From Lama guanicoe (taxonomy: Eukaryota): a DNA stretch of 64,000 bases. Below, one piece after another: positions 59,555 to 64,000 of this stretch. The notes beneath the pieces were generated by a model. The model worked only from the letters and a program-made list of their open reading frames with translations. It made no database searches and had not been told where the DNA came from. The translations under genes were made by a program, and so were the position numbers. Location of the stretch: assembly GCA_013239625.1 (NCBI GenBank), contig MU053934.1, forward strand, positions 3,552,399 to 3,616,398, read 5' to 3'. Position 1 is the first letter of the stretch, and the number at the start of each line of letters is the position of its first letter.

Positions 59555-59703
59555 TTCCCAACATGGCTGTCTCAGATTGCCGGCGGCCCCAGAAGAGCTT
59601 CCGGTTTCCCGGCGGGCTCGAGAGGGGCTGGACTTCCGGCCTCAAGAAGCAGTGAGGCCCGCTTTTTCTGCCCTCTCCGGCCTGGTTTCCGATCGCCGCA
59701 GCC
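59555..59703 (+). promoter_or_regulatory. EIF3L promoter and 5'UTR: YY1-like site, ETS/GABP sites and pyrimidine tract
   Basis: AACATGGC 59560-59567; CTTCCGG 59598-59604; ACTTCCGG 59632-59639; CTTTTTCT 59662-59669; Kozak GCCATG. Confidence 0.7.
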
Positions 59704-62561
59704 ATGTCTTATCCCGCTGATGATTACGAGTCTGAGGTAACCTGGCCCTAAGCATGTGCTGGGCTCCGCGACCGGGGCCGGGCTCTTTGGATGCTGGGCT
59801 CCGCGGGAGACGGTGTTCGGGCCTCTCTGGGAGTCTCCGCGGGCCGCAGCCAGCCTCAGCCGGCCTTCCTGCCTGCGCGGTCCCCATGCTGCTGCCACCC
59901 ACAGCTCCCGGCTCCTCATCAGCCCAGTCTCGGCCCGCCCACCTCGTGTCTAGTCCCCTTGTCCTCTCCTTTTCCAAGCTCCGTACGGAGGCTGGTTGTA
60001 GGATTCTGTGTTTCTGTAATTAAATTCTTACTTGTTATGGTGTGGGCGAGCAACCTTGTCAAACCCCGCTGATTCCTACAGCCTTTTGTGTGTTGTTCTA
60101 CTTAGCTGCACCCGTAACGCCGTAATGTCGTTGTCTGTTCTCTTTTCTCACAGTCATGTGAGTTCCTCAAAGGCAGGGACTGTGCCTTATCCACCTTTGT
60201 ATCCTTAGAACCTAGGACGAGCATTTTAGATTCACGAATTGGTGACTGTTGTCTTTGTCTCTTCCGTTAATAGGCTGCTTATGATCCCTATGCTTACCCG
60301 GGCGACTATGATATGCACACAGGTGAGTGTACAGGTTTGTCGGCTAGCTGGGTACTTACAGGGATTGGCACCTTCTTGAATGTTTCATAACAGTTCTGAT
60401 GGGCGCCTGTTTAAAACTATGTTTTGATGGTCCAGGTTTGGAGTTAGTTACTAGCTCTCAGCAGGAGAGTGATGTAGAGCCTGTTAACCGAGGCCCTTTT
60501 CATGGTCCACCTCAAAGTCTCAAAAGGGAAGGATAACTGTCCTGGCTGCAGTTTCTTTGTTTAAACTGTTAACTGAAAAAGAAAATCTTGTGAAAAGTTA
60601 AAGCGATTCAAACCAAGTCCAAATGAAATCTTTTTTGGACTGTTTTTGAGGTTTCCTGAATTGTTATGGTGATTTGATTTGACTTAGTGCCATGAGTTGT
60701 GCTGGGTACTTTGTGTGAAATATTTTATTTAGTCTTTACAGCAGTTCTGTAAAGTACATAAGCTAATGTTGTCTCCGTCTTACAGATGAGAAAACTGAGC
60801 ACAGAGTTTAGTGACTTGCACCAAGTCATACAGATGAAAAATGGCAGTCATTCATTCAATCAAAAAATATTAAGTGCCTATTACTTGCTTCTCCTTCCCA
60901 CATCCCCCCCACCCCACCCAGCATACACAGTTGTTCCAGGTCCTGAGGGTATACCTGGGTACAAGACACACAAGGTTCTTTCTCTTACAGACTTTAGGTT
61001 CTAGTGAGGGAAACGATAAGTAAATAAATAACTTTAAGTAGTGGAAAATGTTCTGAAGAAATAGGCCAGTGGGGGTTGGGGGTGACATGGAGAGGATTTA
61101 TATTTCTGAGTGTTGAAAAGGGAATTATATCCAATTTTATAGACTTTAGGGGATGGTTTTGCCCTTTTGTCATATCATGTATGTGGATTTGAAACATTTA
61201 TTATATCCAATCTCTAGGAGACCCAAAGCAGGATCTGGCCTATGAACGTCAGTATGAGCAGCAGACCTATCAGGTGATCCCTGAAGTGATCAAAAACTTC
61301 ATCCAGTATTTCCACAAAACTGTCTCAGATTTGATTGACCAGAAGGTGTATGAGCTACAGGCCAGTCGTGTCTCCAGTGATGTCATTGACCAGAAGGTAT
61401 ATGAGATCCAGGACATCTATGAGAACAGGTATGGGCCTCTAGCTAAAATGACCTCCTACTAGGTGGGACTGGCTTAGTAATGCAGTCCCTAAAAAGGGGT
61501 GATGTTTAATCATTTCTCTCTAAAGAGAATGTCCAAGAGGTTTCTGTGATTCTTTGGGAGCTAGGAATATGTTATTTTGTTGGACTCTATCCCCAGAACT
61601 TGTATAAAGCCTGAAATAATAACATCACTATCAATAATTATAATAGCAATTATAGGTATGATCAGTATAGAACAGGCAATGTTCTGAGGACTTTTCCCGT
61701 ATTTACTCATTTACCCTTCACAGTAACCCCATGAAGCAGGTTCTGTTGTTTTCCTCATTTTATCGATGAGGACACACAACACTTAAGTCATATAGCTAGC
61801 TAAGTGGATGTGCTGAGTTTTGAACCTACACAGTCTGCACCAGAGCCTAATTTCTAAACTGCTATACAACTTCTCGGTGCAGATCAGGATGAGCTGAGCT
61901 TTAAGTGGTTGCTTCCAGTTTTGAGGGGACTGCCCTTGTGTAATGACCATTAGAGGTGAGCCGGGTCAGTCAGGGTTGGGAACAGGAAAGCCTTCAAGGA
62001 AGTATGGTTGTGAAGCATCTTGGGCAGCAGTGTTTGAGTTGGATGCTCTATGGCTGTTAGGGCATCAGGCTGCAACAGACTGATTAGTTTCCATGTTTGA
62101 AGAAGGAGAGGAGGCACTGTGCTCCAGGAAGTGGAAAGCTAAGGGCAGGGGTTGTGGGTATCAGAAAAGTAGTTCTCAAATCAGGGAACAGTAAGCAGTG
62201 AAATATGACAAGAGTTCATGATACAGAGGCAGGAGATGATCCTGAAGAGTTTGGTGGGTGCCTGACTGATGTATAAGAAATGTTTCACTATATTAAGAAA
62301 GATTATCTGAGGTATAGAATTGGTTCAGGAAAATTATAGATTTGGAAACTCTGGTCCTCACTCTGTTTCTGTGACTTCTTCCCCTTTCTGAGCTTTAGTC
62401 CTCATCTGTAAAATGTGAGGGTTGCCTCTTCTCACGTTGTTCCTATTTTGGAATTCTAGAACATTTCTGCTTGGTTTTCAGCTGGACCAAGTTGACTGAA
62501 AGATTCTTCAAGAATACACCTTGGCCTGAAGCTGAAACCATTGCTCCACAGGTTGGCAACG
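59704..62561 (+). CDS. EIF3L: Eukaryotic translation initiation factor 3 subunit L, coding exons 1-4 (gene continues beyond the window)
   Basis: Exons 59704-59736 (MSYPADDYESE), 60274-60322 (AAYDPYAYPGDYDMHT), 61218-61428 (DPKQDLAYERQ...QDIYEN) and 62482-62561 (WTKLTERFFKNTPWPEAETIAPQVGN). All GT-AG and in frame. Confidence 0.97.
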
Positions 62562-62879
62562 GTAGGTGTGAGCTCTTGTGTCCTGTGTGCTGGATGGGAT
62601 CCTGTGACGGGGGGTCATTAGAAAGCTTCGAACGATCTGTGTCTGTTTTGATCAACATTTTATTTCCCCAGGGTTTGCTACGTGGTAGACTTTTACTAAC
62701 TAACTTATTGAGTGAAAGCTGAATAAATGAAGAGGGGACAGAGATCTTTCACACATTCTGAAAGCTAAAATTGAGATTTTTCTCTTGACTTGTTTCCTTT
62801 TTGCTCTGTAAGTTTTGGGGTCATTATAGTTGCTCCAAAATGGGCTCTCTGGCCTTCTCTCACATTTCACTTTCTGACG

Positions 62880-63720
62880 GTGTCTTTTATATATGGTGTG
62901 AAGTAGGAAGATTCAACTTCATTCTTTTGCATGTGGATATCCAGCTGTCCCAGTACCAGTTTTCAGAAAAACTCTTCTTTTTCCTTTGAGTTGTCTTGAC
63001 TCCCTTGTTGAAAATGGTTATCGTGTAAATGAAAGGTTAATTTCTGGACTCTCAGTTTGACTTCATTGATACATGTCTATCCTTATGCTTATACCAACTG
63101 CGCTGCCTTTTTTTTTTTCACTTTTTTTTAATTGAGTTACAGTCAGTTTACAATGTTGTGTCAATTTCCAGTGTAGAGCACAATTTTTCAGTTATACATG
63201 AGCATAGATATATTTATTGTTGCATTCTTTTTCGCTGTGAGCTACCACAAAATCTTGTATATATTTCCCTGTGCTATACAGTATAATCTTGTTTATCTAT
63301 TCTACATATGCCTGTCAGTATCTACAAATTTCGAACTCCCAGTCTGTCCCTTCCCACCCCACTCCCCCTTCAACTTCATTGTCTCGATTGTAGCTTTGGA
63401 GTAAGTTTTGAAGTTAGGAAGTATAAGTCTTCCAGCTTTGTTGTTCTTTTTCAGAATTGTTGTGGGTCTTCTGAGGCTTTTGAATTTCCAAATGAATTTT
63501 AAGACCAGTTTGTTAATTTCTGCAAAGAAGCCAGCTTGGATTTTTGATAGAGATTATGTTGAGTCTGAAGATCAATTGGGGAGAATTTTGCCATTTTAGT
63601 AATACTGAGTCCTCTAATCCGTGGATGTGGGATGTCTTTTCATCTGTTTAGTTCTTTAATTTCTCTCAATAATGTTTTGTAGTTTTTAATGTACAAGTCT
63701 TTCATTTTTGTTACAGCTAA
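62880..63720 (-). mobile_element. Old L1M ORF2 fragment, interrupted by a younger L1 3' end at about 63107-63368
   Basis: Old part: TTTTGCATGTGGATATCCAG...TTCCAAATGAATTTTAAG...GATCAATTGGGGAGAA. Young part begins with a poly-T then AATTGAGTTACAGTCAGTTTACAATGTTGTG...TTTCCCTGTGCTATACAG. Confidence 0.8.
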
Positions 63721-64000
63721 GGTTTTTTGGACACTTAACATTAGTATCATCATCATTACTTTGAGAACTCTTAAAGAAATACTTGTTTCCATGTTGCTCA
63801 GACCTTATGTTCTATTTAATATTTTGCCTATAAAGAATGTAATGCTGTGTATGTTAAGAACAGGAGTCCCGTAATACATAGTTTAAAACAGGTAAGGATT
63901 TACAGGACTCATAGTGTAAAAGACTTGGTATAAAAATCCCCATCCCGTTTTCGTCCGAAGTTTTCAGTTTTTCTCTCTGGAGCTGTCTAGTGTTAACCGT

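Overview
Mammalian genomic DNA, probably a camelid: it carries tRNA-derived SINEs resembling the camelid vic-1 family, and I saw no Alu, B1, Bov-A or PRE1. The gene order matches human 22q13.1: about 20 kb of repeat-rich intergenic DNA, then H1-0 (intronless, +), GCAT (9 exons, +), GALR3 (2 coding exons, +), ANKRD54 (8 exons, -) and the first 4 coding exons of EIF3L (+). All exon boundaries were read by hand as GT-AG and keep frame. The main discovery is a degraded, intronless Noggin4-like gene on the minus strand between GCAT and GALR3 (31483-32107). It is split across three reading frames, so the ORF track does not show it. Other points: GALR3 has substitutions at two GPCR activation residues (Y5.58S and NPxxY to YPxxY); GCAT's orthologous start codon reads ACG, with a new ATG 9 nt upstream; ANKRD54's first poly(A) signal lies in an LTR and an RFX X-box is centred on its ATG; divergent CTCF motifs flank H1-0/GCAT. 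Gene and repeat identities rest on my recall of known sequences, not on database searches. Repeat boundaries are approximate.
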